Shown piece after piece: positions 9,601-18,784 of a DNA stretch of 64,000 nt. The position numbers were made by a program, and so were the translations under genes. The stretch spans positions 160,001 through 224,000 of the forward strand of contig JAHQWK010000002.1 of the NCBI GenBank assembly GCA_029856145.1, in the 5' to 3' direction. The DNA comes from Promethearchaeia archaeon (lineage in GTDB: Archaea > Asgardarchaeota > Lokiarchaeia > Sigyniarchaeales > SOKP01). How positions within the stretch are numbered: the first letter of the stretch is position 1; each line of letters begins with the position of its first letter. The notes under the pieces are model-generated. The model had not been told where the DNA came from. It saw only the letters and a program-made list of their open reading frames with translations, and ran no database searches.

Positions 9601-11089
9601 TGCCGAGCTTGATGAGGAAGAAAAATCTATTTTAGTATACACAAATTATTATTATTTAAATAAAGAACTTAAGAATTATATTGATAATAATTTATTAAAA
9701 TTAAATCGGGAGAGAATTGGCAAAATTTTAGCTTTATATGACTCAAGCATTAGAAATCGGACTTTGAACATAAATATGTTAGAGCTCCAAAATAGAATCA
9801 AGGATTTAAGAATATTTAAAGATGTTCTTCCAAAACAGTTCTATGAAAAGGTTAGAGAGCTTCAAATCAATCAAGAAAGAGAAGAATTTATTGAAACCAA
9901 AAATAATTTTGAATCAATTTTAGAAAATGAAAGAGTAGCTATAAAGAATATAAAACAAAGTCTAAAGTTATTTAATAAGATGCAGAGTTTTATCAGTCAA
10001 CAATTCAATACTCTTAACATTGGATTGAAAGCGTATACTAATAAAGTCTTCAAAGAAACAGAAAGTTATGATATTTATTTAAAAACCCAAGAAACTTTTG
10101 AGAACAATAGGCATAAAATTAACGAGGAATTGAAACAATCTCAAGATAAAATTGAAAAACAAATAAATTTAGTAGTCAACAAATCAGGTGATTCAAGTAA
10201 ATTAGTCCCTGAGATTAGAGAGTTATATGTGAAAATAAAAAATGATTTTTTAAATGATTATAACAGCAAAATTCAAAAAATTAATGATCATTTAAACATG
10301 ATGAAGATTGAGTCATTTCGTGAGCAGTTATTAACTCTTATTAATAAGAAAAAGATTCATTTAAGTCAATTACTTGGTAATTTAGAAAGAAAAGTAGAAG
10401 ATAATATAGAAATTAAAGAATTCAAGAGGAGTAACTTTTTAATTCAAAAGAGAGCAAAAAGTATTGAATTGGAGATCAAGGAGATCACCAAATCCATCGA
10501 TAATACAACAAAAGAATTTACTAAACAATCAAAAAATTTTAGACGAACATCTAAATTTATACTAGAAGATTTCAATAAATTCATTGACGAATATTCGGAA
10601 ATTTTAACTGAAAAAGTTAAAGCTTTGGAACGTTTAATATTAAAATCATATATAAATATGGCTCTTAAAGCAGTAGCAAATGAATATTTAACAATTGGGT
10701 TTTTAAACAATGAATTAAAAATAAAAAAGCAAAATCTACAAGACCATCTATTATTTCTAATTAGTAGTGGAGAACTAAATGGTAAATATGACCCAAGATT
10801 TACTATATACTATGAAAATCCAGAAATACTAGAAGATTTAGATGAAACTGAACTAGAAGTCATAAAAAACACTAATTTTAAAATAAATATGATGTTACGT
10901 CATCTAAAAAATTTTGCGAGCCAATATGGTAGTATTATAGCTTTTTTTGCTTCAGTTGTAACAATTTCATATTATTTGTTTCTTTTTAGTGGAGGTAATC
11001 CTGCCGTAATCGCTTTACCTATAGTAATTACAGTGCTTCTTATAGTATTTTATTTTTTAAGAAAAGACAAAGAAGAAAAAATTAAGTAG
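6680..11089 (+). CDS. large multidomain protein: prenyltransferase-like repeats, long coiled coil, PCI-like winged helices, two C-terminal TM helices
   Basis: 1469-aa ORF; GFKFSP..PDIYSTYLAL and ESGGFGF...ITFWLV repeats; heptad-rich middle; LISSGELNGKYD; hydrophobic C-terminus. Confidence 0.65.
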   Translation: MINVDDKSAYPYITKFKKEPFKSFINIKRKDIKSFYYRNYDKLIEFYQHFNQNLLRVPQLNLEVVHWFLLLRKYLKEDKRVNREEIFKFIKKCEVHQYESVGFKFSPYSDKIPDIYSTYLALSCLKNLGLLKEYLTSEKQTQIKGEIKNFVLAHKKGNNFLHCQDKECETCKNCQPARILYYVLEIFSLLGVDVRTNRDKFRSYLSDRKKDSSLIFRLLCLKHLDLDSEVKDKELQFLQQQQKESGGFGFNQEANISITFWLVYILESYSWLLDYNTTGIYSYINQKLEENLTVQEQWNYVKLIEVSRLVVLLSLIWQKFVDEIERVVFKQLEKENYIDIIQLKTTFGFAEYIEDIISYINLNYNFNLEIIDNEAEFKNYLSDLSQGKKKYFQIFYDKLKNNSIISLTDLLKKYKTFNYEPLRLREDVFPIIKEMVDRRFFIGNIRTKKIFLGFKTKHLFYLNYLLKKIILSDMDLNTERLYEEKEKLEDIKNDIYNMTLKLQQVTSQIREEIESYLLIDEIDYARERLKYILRNALMEADFLNENIESSFNEILKYVNIQASLGAEISQWNKLYSVLQKRLSDVGAYLQSKIQEKENLRNLNSLLENLKEKVGIIEEDLKKRLDSFRTLFCDTFEKEYDNEKLNLIIQDLDKMTQNVRKYDEIIFNVSQQVTTTEKKIVKKHKKTIDNWIKVKDFFNAEFNYYIDGFQLFNINLQKFEEINKQIRTDISEIGKKAKSKIMANEFQEAFNITKKETDLLLNKRLDEIKKVQLILKQEIKKKQKLYILYRHLQDKLEVLESNVIELFTNHVKVLKNKIIEERNRSKLEDFDNFVSQESSDLKSQLKTIKNNLNLSPNSTIEEVIKTFNTFNSNYEKINKIYIKKLNDCSKNIDNFKEKSELNIIQWDKFSDFLINEISVLKDEYINNIISSKLNIMAVEKKTDNIKLVDLKDEVKLSCKVLINRLKDMIDISKINAELDEEEKSILVYTNYYYLNKELKNYIDNNLLKLNRERIGKILALYDSSIRNRTLNINMLELQNRIKDLRIFKDVLPKQFYEKVRELQINQEREEFIETKNNFESILENERVAIKNIKQSLKLFNKMQSFISQQFNTLNIGLKAYTNKVFKETESYDIYLKTQETFENNRHKINEELKQSQDKIEKQINLVVNKSGDSSKLVPEIRELYVKIKNDFLNDYNSKIQKINDHLNMMKIESFREQLLTLINKKKIHLSQLLGNLERKVEDNIEIKEFKRSNFLIQKRAKSIELEIKEITKSIDNTTKEFTKQSKNFRRTSKFILEDFNKFIDEYSEILTEKVKALERLILKSYINMALKAVANEYLTIGFLNNELKIKKQNLQDHLLFLISSGELNGKYDPRFTIYYENPEILEDLDETELEVIKNTNFKINMMLRHLKNFASQYGSIIAFFASVVTISYYLFLFSGGNPAVIALPIVITVLLIVFYFLRKDKEEKIK

Positions 11090-11133
11090 CCATGGATTTT
11101 ACTTATTTTATTTTTTAATTTATTTATTACAGA

Positions 11134-13287
11134 TTAATCATAATCCATAACAAAATGTACTTGATTATCTAGTTTTTTAAGATATCCTAAAAAACACGCT
11201 TGATTAAAATGAATATGGAATTTACGATCAATGATCTCTTCATCGTGAGCAAGTTCTTGAAATTTATTGTAATCTAATGCCCTATCTATGCCATAAGTTT
11301 TAACAATATTTATTAATGATTTTATATTTTGATTTAAATAAATTTTTTGTTTATTACTTTGCTTAATTTTTTTTGATTTTAGTTTAATTATTTTTTCTCG
11401 AAGGTTTGATTCAGTAAATTTTATAAAATCGGAGTAAAATGTTACACCACACTGTTTAAGGTGGTTATATTCTTTGGTATCACAGAAATCATCTAATTGT
11501 GTGATAATTTCTTCTATAGATCGATTGGCTAAATGTTTTTGTTCTAATTTTTTTCTGTCTCTAAAATTTTTAAGAATCTCAAATCCCGAGCTTTGAACTC
11601 TTTGCTCAGGAAATTTAATGTTCTTACGTTCTAAAGATTTTGCTAATCTCAATTGCATAGGATCAGAAAGAACCGCGTTCATTGATTTTTCTTTTCTTCG
11701 AGCAACAATGTAAAAAGGAATGTCAACTGTTTCTTCAGTTACAAGTATATAGCATCTTCCTGGAGCATTTCTACCAGTTCTTCCCCGTCTTTGAATTAAC
11801 CTGATTTCTGAAGGAACAGGTTCAAAAAAGATGATAGCATCTACATTTGGAATATCTAAACCTTCCTCAGCAACACTTGTGGCGACTAAAATGTTTATCA
11901 ATCCTTCTCTAAACTTTTCTAAGATTTCTATTTGTATTCGTTGGGGAAATCCAATATCATTCATTTTAGTTGCTTGACCAATGAATTTTTCAATTTTCAG
12001 TTGTTCATTAAATTCAGTTTGTAATATATTTTTAAGAAATTCTGCCATTTCCCGGAATTGGGTGAAAATTAGTATTTTTTTATTTTTAAATTCTTCAATC
12101 TCCTCTTTAATAATTGATATAATCTTTTTTAATTTAGGATGGGATAGGTTTATATGATCTTCACTTTCAATTACGGAATTTATATAGTTAAAATGTTCTG
12201 AATTGGCAATTCTTTTGGCAGATAAGATATCCTTGTTTGCTTTGTAATTAATTTTATCTAAAAATGATTTAAAAAGAGAGATATCCTGTGTCTCTAATAA
12301 ATCTTTAGCATGAAGTATAGATATACAACTTGAACAATATGAATATATAGAAGGGATATCAAGTTGGTTTTCTTTAACTATATCTATGATCCTTGGAGAA
12401 ACATAATACAAAGACTCTAAATATTCATCTTCGGATAATTCTATTCCTTCCCCTTTTTCATATTGTATAGATAATGTTAAATCTCGAGCGATTCCTAGGA
12501 AATCCAATTTAGAGTAGTATGGCTTATTTGGAGCTATAAGATTATTTTTGACAAACCATTTCAAATAGATTTCGAATAAATTATACCAAACTGTACTTAG
12601 CTCTCTCAATTCAATAGGTAAATCTATTAAATTAATAAAAGTATCGATATCATGGATATAATCTTTTAAATCTTTATCTTCATAATTTTTAAAGACAATA
12701 TTTTCAGTATATAAATTATCGCAGATTTGCTGAATGCGTTCATAATTCTTTCCGGGTGAAGCTGTTAGCCCAAATATTAAGGGATCCGTGCATGTGTTAA
12801 TATATTCTTTTGAAATTAAGTTATACGCATAATTACCTTTAGTTTTATGAGCCTCATCGAAAATAATTAGTGAAACTTGTGCTAAATTATATCTACCTCT
12901 CATTAAATCATTTTTTATTACTTGGGGTGTAGAAACTATAATTTTTGAATTTTGAAATAATAAAATTCTTTTTTCTGGAGGGATTTTCCCTGTAAATAAA
13001 GTAATTTCATTTACATCAATATCAAGAAACTTTTCACAAGAAGTTTTATGCTGTGCAACTAATGGTCGTGTAGGAGCAAGGATTATTATTTTTGCTCTTG
13101 AATATTTTTTCAAACGATTAGCTATTAATAAAATACCAATTATAGTTTTTCCTAACCCAGTTGGTAAAACTACTAATGAATTCTTATTTTTACAGCTGTT
13201 TACTATATTTTTTTGATATTCTCTATATAAAATTTGGTTCTTTTTCAAGAATGGTCCATTTAAATATAGATTAGGTTCATCTTTCAT
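11134..13287 (-). CDS. Hef/FANCM-like SF2 helicase with no recognisable ERCC4 nuclease domain
   Basis: LPTGLGKT, PTRPLV, DEAH, LTASPG, ATSVAEEGLDIP, QRRGRTGR. Confidence 0.9.
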   Translation of the reverse strand: MKDEPNLYLNGPFLKKNQILYREYQKNIVNSCKNKNSLVVLPTGLGKTIIGILLIANRLKKYSRAKIIILAPTRPLVAQHKTSCEKFLDIDVNEITLFTGKIPPEKRILLFQNSKIIVSTPQVIKNDLMRGRYNLAQVSLIIFDEAHKTKGNYAYNLISKEYINTCTDPLIFGLTASPGKNYERIQQICDNLYTENIVFKNYEDKDLKDYIHDIDTFINLIDLPIELRELSTVWYNLFEIYLKWFVKNNLIAPNKPYYSKLDFLGIARDLTLSIQYEKGEGIELSEDEYLESLYYVSPRIIDIVKENQLDIPSIYSYCSSCISILHAKDLLETQDISLFKSFLDKINYKANKDILSAKRIANSEHFNYINSVIESEDHINLSHPKLKKIISIIKEEIEEFKNKKILIFTQFREMAEFLKNILQTEFNEQLKIEKFIGQATKMNDIGFPQRIQIEILEKFREGLINILVATSVAEEGLDIPNVDAIIFFEPVPSEIRLIQRRGRTGRNAPGRCYILVTEETVDIPFYIVARRKEKSMNAVLSDPMQLRLAKSLERKNIKFPEQRVQSSGFEILKNFRDRKKLEQKHLANRSIEEIITQLDDFCDTKEYNHLKQCGVTFYSDFIKFTESNLREKIIKLKSKKIKQSNKQKIYLNQNIKSLINIVKTYGIDRALDYNKFQELAHDEEIIDRKFHIHFNQACFLGYLKKLDNQVHFVMDYD

Positions 13288-13434
13288 ATTTAAAATTACT
13301 GAAGATTATTTCCTTTTAAAAATAACATCGCTGTAAGATTTTTATAATATTAAAATGACTTCTACCTAATAGAAGCTAATTATTAATTTAGAAATAAGTT
13401 AATAAATTCCTTATATTTATAGAAAATAATATAA

Positions 13435-14448
13435 TTAGTCTTTCTTAGTAGGAAAAAATATAATCTTCTTTTTTGTATCTACTCGTCTTATTAGGTTCTT
13501 ATTTTCGAGCAGTTTTAATGTTAAAACAACCCAACCTCTAGCTACTTGACGGAGAAATCTACTATTATTGGAATAAATAGCTCTAATTATCTCTTTTGGA
13601 GAAATTCCATTCTCTGAATTATTATAAATTATATCCAATACTTGCTTTTCCCGGTCTTTTCTATGTCTTAATATATCTGCTATTCTTTCTCTAGGATTTT
13701 CTATTGGGCTCCCATGAGCGGCAAGAATTAATTTAAGATTAGATAATTTCTCAATTTTTTTAATAGTTTCTACATATTCTGCTATATCAGAATTTGGAGG
13801 TCCAAGCCAAGTAGTTATAGACCTTAAAATATTATCTCCCGAAAATAATATTCCTTTATCCTCGTTGTAAAGAGAAATATGGTCTATAGCATGTCCGGGG
13901 GAAGGGAAAACTTTCCAAGATTCTCCATTAATTAAGATCTCTGAGTTATCTTCAATAACATCCTCCGGATCATCTATATAAGATGCCCCAAATATCCTTT
14001 GATAAAACACTCTTGAACCAACGTTTCTTAAAAAATTGAGGATTTTACTGGTTGCTTTTTTTCGAATTCTCAAATAATCTTCGTAAGCATCTGTTTCAAA
14101 AGTTTCTATAAAACTTCTTTTATCTTTAATAATTTCCTGGCTTTTTTTCGTTAAAACTATATTTATTCCTAAAGCCTTTCTTATTCGTTTTAAACCGCTA
14201 AAATGATCAGGATGACAATGAGATACAAGAATTCGTGTGAGTTTGAACTCTTTGTTTTGCTCTTCAAAATAATTCTCAATTTCTTTCAACTCTTTAATTA
14301 AATATTTTACAACTCTTTTTGATCCATAACCCGCATCATAAATAATTCCATCTGAACCAGCTAAAACATAAATATTTTCTGGGGGTTTAATTACTCCAAA
14401 GGTCCCTTTTTCCTTTATTAAAAAAATACCCGGATATACTTCTCTCAT
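13435..14448 (-). CDS. MBL-fold metallo-hydrolase (LACTB2-like) with C-terminal winged helix
   Basis: SHCHPDH, PGHAIDH, SGD, AAHG. Confidence 0.88.
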   Translation of the reverse strand: MREVYPGIFLIKEKGTFGVIKPPENIYVLAGSDGIIYDAGYGSKRVVKYLIKELKEIENYFEEQNKEFKLTRILVSHCHPDHFSGLKRIRKALGINIVLTKKSQEIIKDKRSFIETFETDAYEDYLRIRKKATSKILNFLRNVGSRVFYQRIFGASYIDDPEDVIEDNSEILINGESWKVFPSPGHAIDHISLYNEDKGILFSGDNILRSITTWLGPPNSDIAEYVETIKKIEKLSNLKLILAAHGSPIENPRERIADILRHRKDREKQVLDIIYNNSENGISPKEIIRAIYSNNSRFLRQVARGWVVLTLKLLENKNLIRRVDTKKKIIFFPTKKD

Positions 14449-14504
14449 TCAATTTTTATAAATTTCCAAAATATTTATTACTTGGTCTTATAAAGATAAT
14501 AATT

Positions 14505-15053
14505 ATGACATATGCAATTGTACTGTCATTTGATGATGATAGCTCTTTCCCCATAAAACAGGTGTTTAAAAAATTTTGCGAAGAAAAGATTAGTTCTATA
14601 CTTTACGAGATAAATATGAAACCACATATTACTTTAAGTATTTATGAAAGTATTGATGCTCAAACTGCAAAAGATAGATTGTTCCTCTTTTGTATTGAAA
14701 ATAAACCATTAAAAATTCAAATTAGTAGTATTGGATATTTTCCCTCAGAAGAAAGCGTACTTTTTTTAAATCCTAAAGCAACTAACGAGCTGCTTAACAT
14801 TCAACAGAAGATTTTTAGCCTTTTTAAAGATTTTGAAGCTGAAATCTCTCCGATAACATGGGTTCCTCACTGTACACTCGGGATTAATCTTCAAAAGGAA
14901 GCTATTGCTAAAGCTATTGATATTATCAAAGAAGATATACTTATGACAAAAGAAAAACCATTTTACATCCAAGCTACAACAATTTCGTTAGTTAAATTTG
15001 AACGAGAAACATTAAAGATTGATTATTGGATAGATTATCCACTTAAGGGATGA
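14505..15053 (+). CDS. 2H phosphoesterase (2'-5' RNA ligase superfamily)
   Basis: Two HxT motifs: PHITL and PHCTL. Confidence 0.85.
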   Translation: MTYAIVLSFDDDSSFPIKQVFKKFCEEKISSILYEINMKPHITLSIYESIDAQTAKDRLFLFCIENKPLKIQISSIGYFPSEESVLFLNPKATNELLNIQQKIFSLFKDFEAEISPITWVPHCTLGINLQKEAIAKAIDIIKEDILMTKEKPFYIQATTISLVKFERETLKIDYWIDYPLKG

Positions 15054-15110
15054 AGATATTCATAAAAAAAGAAATTAGCAAAAAAATTGAAATGAGAATT
15101 TAATTATTAT

Positions 15111-15209
15111 TTATTCATCTTTTTCAATTACAGTATTTATTCCTAAGTTTCTCAATTGGTGCTCTAGATCTGTTGTACTAAGAAATCCATTTTTTTGCCA
15201 AACTAAATA
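15111..15209 (-). pseudogene. possible remnant of an isochorismatase/cysteine hydrolase gene
   Basis: Stop-bounded frame YLVWQKNGFLSTTDLEHQLRNLGINTVIEKDE resembles the 'F..TDL...LR..GI.TVI' motif; no start codon or rest of the domain. Confidence 0.35.
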
Positions 15210-15323
15210 TTATGACTAATTATTAATACGATTTAATTGATTGAAAAAGGACTTTCTATTTATTAATTAATCTTCATTCTTGGTATAGAATCAAATACTA
15301 TTATGGATATAATATATTAAAAA

Positions 15324-15860
15324 ATGAATGGTCAAAGGAAAATTGATGGAAATGATTTATATTTCTTTCCTAAATATGTGTCAAAGATAGAGGAAAAAGA
15401 AAAGAATTATGAAAAAATCGTTCAAAAGAATTTAGCTATTTTAGAACTTGATAAGGAAACCTATGAAAAACATGAATCTTTTGGGGATTATATTTACCAA
15501 TATGGTACATCTCTTCTGAATAATGGTTTCCTTGTAGAAGCTGGATTAATATTGAGTGGCGTTTATGGATCTGAAAATTGGGATAATATGTTTCCTTACG
15601 CTTTATTGGAAAAAGCTCGAATAGCTGCAATTTTAGAAGAGGAAGAATTTTTATTTGATTTTCTAAGATGGACATTTGCAGCAGAAGCTTATTTTAAAGA
15701 TTCAGTCGGGGGAAAAAAAGTATATCTTAAGAGAAGGATATTAATTTATTCAGCATTTGAGAAATACAGAGATTTACCTCGTTTTAGACAAATTATTGAC
15801 CATAATTATACTGAGGAAGAATTAGACGAATTTTATAAGGAATTAGATGACTTCTTATGA
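15324..15860 (+). CDS. hypothetical helical (TPR-like) protein
   Basis: 178-aa ORF with ATG start and amphipathic helical pattern. Confidence 0.55.
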   Translation: MNGQRKIDGNDLYFFPKYVSKIEEKEKNYEKIVQKNLAILELDKETYEKHESFGDYIYQYGTSLLNNGFLVEAGLILSGVYGSENWDNMFPYALLEKARIAAILEEEEFLFDFLRWTFAAEAYFKDSVGGKKVYLKRRILIYSAFEKYRDLPRFRQIIDHNYTEEELDEFYKELDDFL

Positions 15861-15966
15861 AAGAGTTCAAGGATAACGAGTTCATTACTCTCTAACTAGA
15901 AAATAACAACAACATCCTGAATTTATTATCATAAATTTGATATTCTTCTTAAGTATTAAGTTTTAT

Positions 15967-17007
15967 CTAATTAAAATTTGAGTATTTTGTACTTTTTATT
16001 ATTTTTACTCCTTTTTTTTTAAGGACAAGTAGTTTTTCAAGTATTTCTTTATTAATGCAATTATTAAATTCAAAAATCTCTAATTTTTTCAAAGAGATAA
16101 TAGGGAAGGCATCTCCTAAACTGTTTTTAGATGAACTATAGATTTTCAAATATTGCAGATTTGGGAAAATGTTGAAGATTTTAGAAGGAATTTCTAATAG
16201 AGATTGATGATAGATTTCTAATCCAACTATCGATTCAAGTTTAACTTTTGAAAAATCTATTGTAAGTTCTTCTAAATCACCTAAATAAATTATCAAATTT
16301 CTTAGACCTTTAAAAGCTGAGAATTTCATAAAAAAATGATAAGATTCTGCAGACATATCAAATTCAAAAACGTAAACGTGTCCATTTTCTATTGTTAAAT
16401 ATCGTTCCGAGGGGCTTAATCTGTGGCGGACTTTATCTTCATCAAATGATAACACAATATCATAAGTTATTCCTAAACGTTTCATATATTCAATAATATC
16501 TAATAAAAGAGAGCTTTCCTCAAAATTTAAACCCCCGACTATTAACTCCTCCATAGTTAAATAGTTGAGAAAGCCCTCATATTCTAAATAGTGTTTAGTA
16601 TTATATGAACCATATACATACCTATGAGCAATTTCATCTATCAACTTTCTTTTAGCTTTTATATCACCTACTTCCGAAAGACGCTTTAATAGAGGGAACG
16701 CCAAATTAGTTTCTAAAAAATTCGCGTTATAATCATTCTCAGCCCAAACTTGAAGATTGGAACAGTGAACCCAGAATTCTGTTAACGGAGTTATACCATA
16801 TTTTTCTAGATCCTCTCCTTCAATAATCTCAGACGATTCAATTATTTCATCCATAGTTTCTACTTCATTGACCTTGTTTTTTGGGAAATTTAGAATTGCT
16901 GTTTTACAAATAAGGAATTCTTCTCCACCAATGTAAATTTTAGTTTTTCCATTCTCCAACCTAAGTGTCAAATGACTATTTATTTCAAATTCTTTTTCGT
17001 CAATCAT
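15967..17007 (-). CDS. Lokiarchaeal-type leucine-rich repeat protein with conserved N-terminal domain
   Basis: EFEINSHLTLRLENGKTKIYI, EFWVHCSNLQVWAENDY, LAFPLLKRL; degenerate LRRs near the C-terminus. Confidence 0.7.
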   Translation of the reverse strand: MIDEKEFEINSHLTLRLENGKTKIYIGGEEFLICKTAILNFPKNKVNEVETMDEIIESSEIIEGEDLEKYGITPLTEFWVHCSNLQVWAENDYNANFLETNLAFPLLKRLSEVGDIKAKRKLIDEIAHRYVYGSYNTKHYLEYEGFLNYLTMEELIVGGLNFEESSLLLDIIEYMKRLGITYDIVLSFDEDKVRHRLSPSERYLTIENGHVYVFEFDMSAESYHFFMKFSAFKGLRNLIIYLGDLEELTIDFSKVKLESIVGLEIYHQSLLEIPSKIFNIFPNLQYLKIYSSSKNSLGDAFPIISLKKLEIFEFNNCINKEILEKLLVLKKKGVKIIKSTKYSNFN

Positions 17008-17214
17008 TCCTAATTTTAAAATATCAATTTCTTAAAATATATTTTCACTCTCTATGTGCAAAGTAAACTTCTATGTAAAAAAAATTTTATAATTTAATTA
17101 TAAAAAGTGATATTCTTATAAACTAGATTGACTAAATTTATTAGAAAAATATAAAAAGAGATAAAGAAAAAAAAAAGAAAAGATATATTTTATCCAATTG
17201 GATTTTCAAGAAAA

Positions 17215-17424
17215 CTAAAAGTACTTGATTGCTAATAAGATGTCGTCCCGAGTTACTTTCTTTCTTTTGGAATGTTTGGTTAATGATAAAGCAGTTTTTG
17301 TGATTTTTTCTGCTGATTGACCCATCCAATCAACTAATTCATTTACTGCATCGCGAGCAACAATAACTGCACCATTGTGTTTCATTAATCTTCTAATAGG
17401 ACTCCAACTAATATATTCGGACAT
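17215..17424 (-). CDS. archaeal histone (HMf-like histone fold), 69 aa
   Basis: GGAGG SD then ATG at 17424; SPIRRLMK..GA..V..DA and KHSKRKKVTRDDI. Confidence 0.92.
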   Translation of the reverse strand: MSEYISWSPIRRLMKHNGAVIVARDAVNELVDWMGQSAEKITKTALSLTKHSKRKKVTRDDILLAIKYF

Positions 17425-18039
17425 TTTATATTCCTCCACTATATTATTAATTTTTGTAATTTTTATTGAAATTTGTTATTTTTTAAGAGTTTGTTATATA
17501 GATATACATCTTTTAGATATTTAAAGATTTTTATTCAAGCTTAGTTTTATGGAGAAAAAAATGAAAAAAATACAACGACAAAATTCCAAAATAGGAAGTT
17601 GATCAATCTCGTGAAAGTTAAGATAATTTTATGGAATCTTCATATGTGTCGAAGTTTGAGAGTTTTATATATATTTTCACTTCTAATTTCTATTAAATAA
17701 ATAAAGTGATTAATTTAAAAAAAAATAAAGAAAAAATAATCAAATTCTGAAACGCTGCATACATAATTTTTTTAAGATTTGTAACATAAACTTTTTTGAA
17801 ATTTATTTCACTTAGAGCCTTCTATATAAAATCTCTAAGACTTTTTGATAATCAAGTAGCGGAAAAAGAAGTAAAACATATTTTAGGGTTAGGATTTCGA
17901 TCTAATATATCATTAAGTTTAAATATTGATTGTTTTTAGATGAAAAAATATTTCAATATTTCAATCATCTAACAATAATGATCAAATATCAGTAAGTTAA
18001 TTATTAACATTAATATATTCTATTTCAGAATCTACTATT

Positions 18040-18750
18040 ATGAAATTTAAAAAAATCATTACAATCTTAATTTTAACTAGTTTGATTATTCCTTGCATCT
18101 TAATTCCATTTAGTAATGCAGAAATTGAGTGGCAAGTTAGTGAAGGTGATGAATTTACTTGGGTTGTCAAAGAAACCAATGAATCTTTAGGTTTTCTCCC
18201 GGTAAACTCACGTTATGAAATGACAATCACTTCAATCAAGTCAGTATCAAGCATGGGTGTAGGGGAAGCAACTGAATTATATGTGGATCTCTCAGAATAT
18301 AATAGTGATACAGAACTTACAACTTCAATATTAACAAACCAGACATTTAGTACTTTCGATTCAGGAACAAATATCACTACACTTCATACCCCAATTGATG
18401 ATCATTGTTTCTTTATCCCTCCTGCTTATCGTGATGGGTTTGTAGTAGGGCTATTAAGTTTTTATGGAGGGTTTTTTGATTCAGCATATTCATTAACCAC
18501 ACAAGGGGTATTTACTTTTTTTGGATGGGTAAGTTCAACTGATTTATTATATATGTGGATGTTTAACAATAAGTTAGTATCTGATAATTTAGCAGTCGTT
18601 TTCCTAGATAAAGCAGATGAATTTCAGTACTGGCTTCAATTAAAGACTATTCCATCAATCTCAGCCGGAAATATCTTTTGGATTTTATTAGGAGTCACAA
18701 CTGTTTCATTGATTTATATTTATAGAAAGAAATTAAAAAATAACCACTAA
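18040..18750 (+). CDS. secreted/surface protein with C-terminal TM anchor (Loki-CTERM-like)
   Basis: Signal peptide; WQVSEGDEFTWVV; C-terminal IPSISAG, TM, RKKLK. Confidence 0.7.
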   Translation: MKFKKIITILILTSLIIPCILIPFSNAEIEWQVSEGDEFTWVVKETNESLGFLPVNSRYEMTITSIKSVSSMGVGEATELYVDLSEYNSDTELTTSILTNQTFSTFDSGTNITTLHTPIDDHCFFIPPAYRDGFVVGLLSFYGGFFDSAYSLTTQGVFTFFGWVSSTDLLYMWMFNNKLVSDNLAVVFLDKADEFQYWLQLKTIPSISAGNIFWILLGVTTVSLIYIYRKKLKNNH

Positions 18751-18784
18751 ACTATAACTTTTTTTTTAATAACTTTGATAATTT

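Noticed and set aside
17440-18039. 600-bp AT-rich gap upstream of the histone gene, considered as origin or ncRNA
   Set aside because: No ORB-like repeats, adjacent cdc6 or stable structure visible; it fits divergent promoters.
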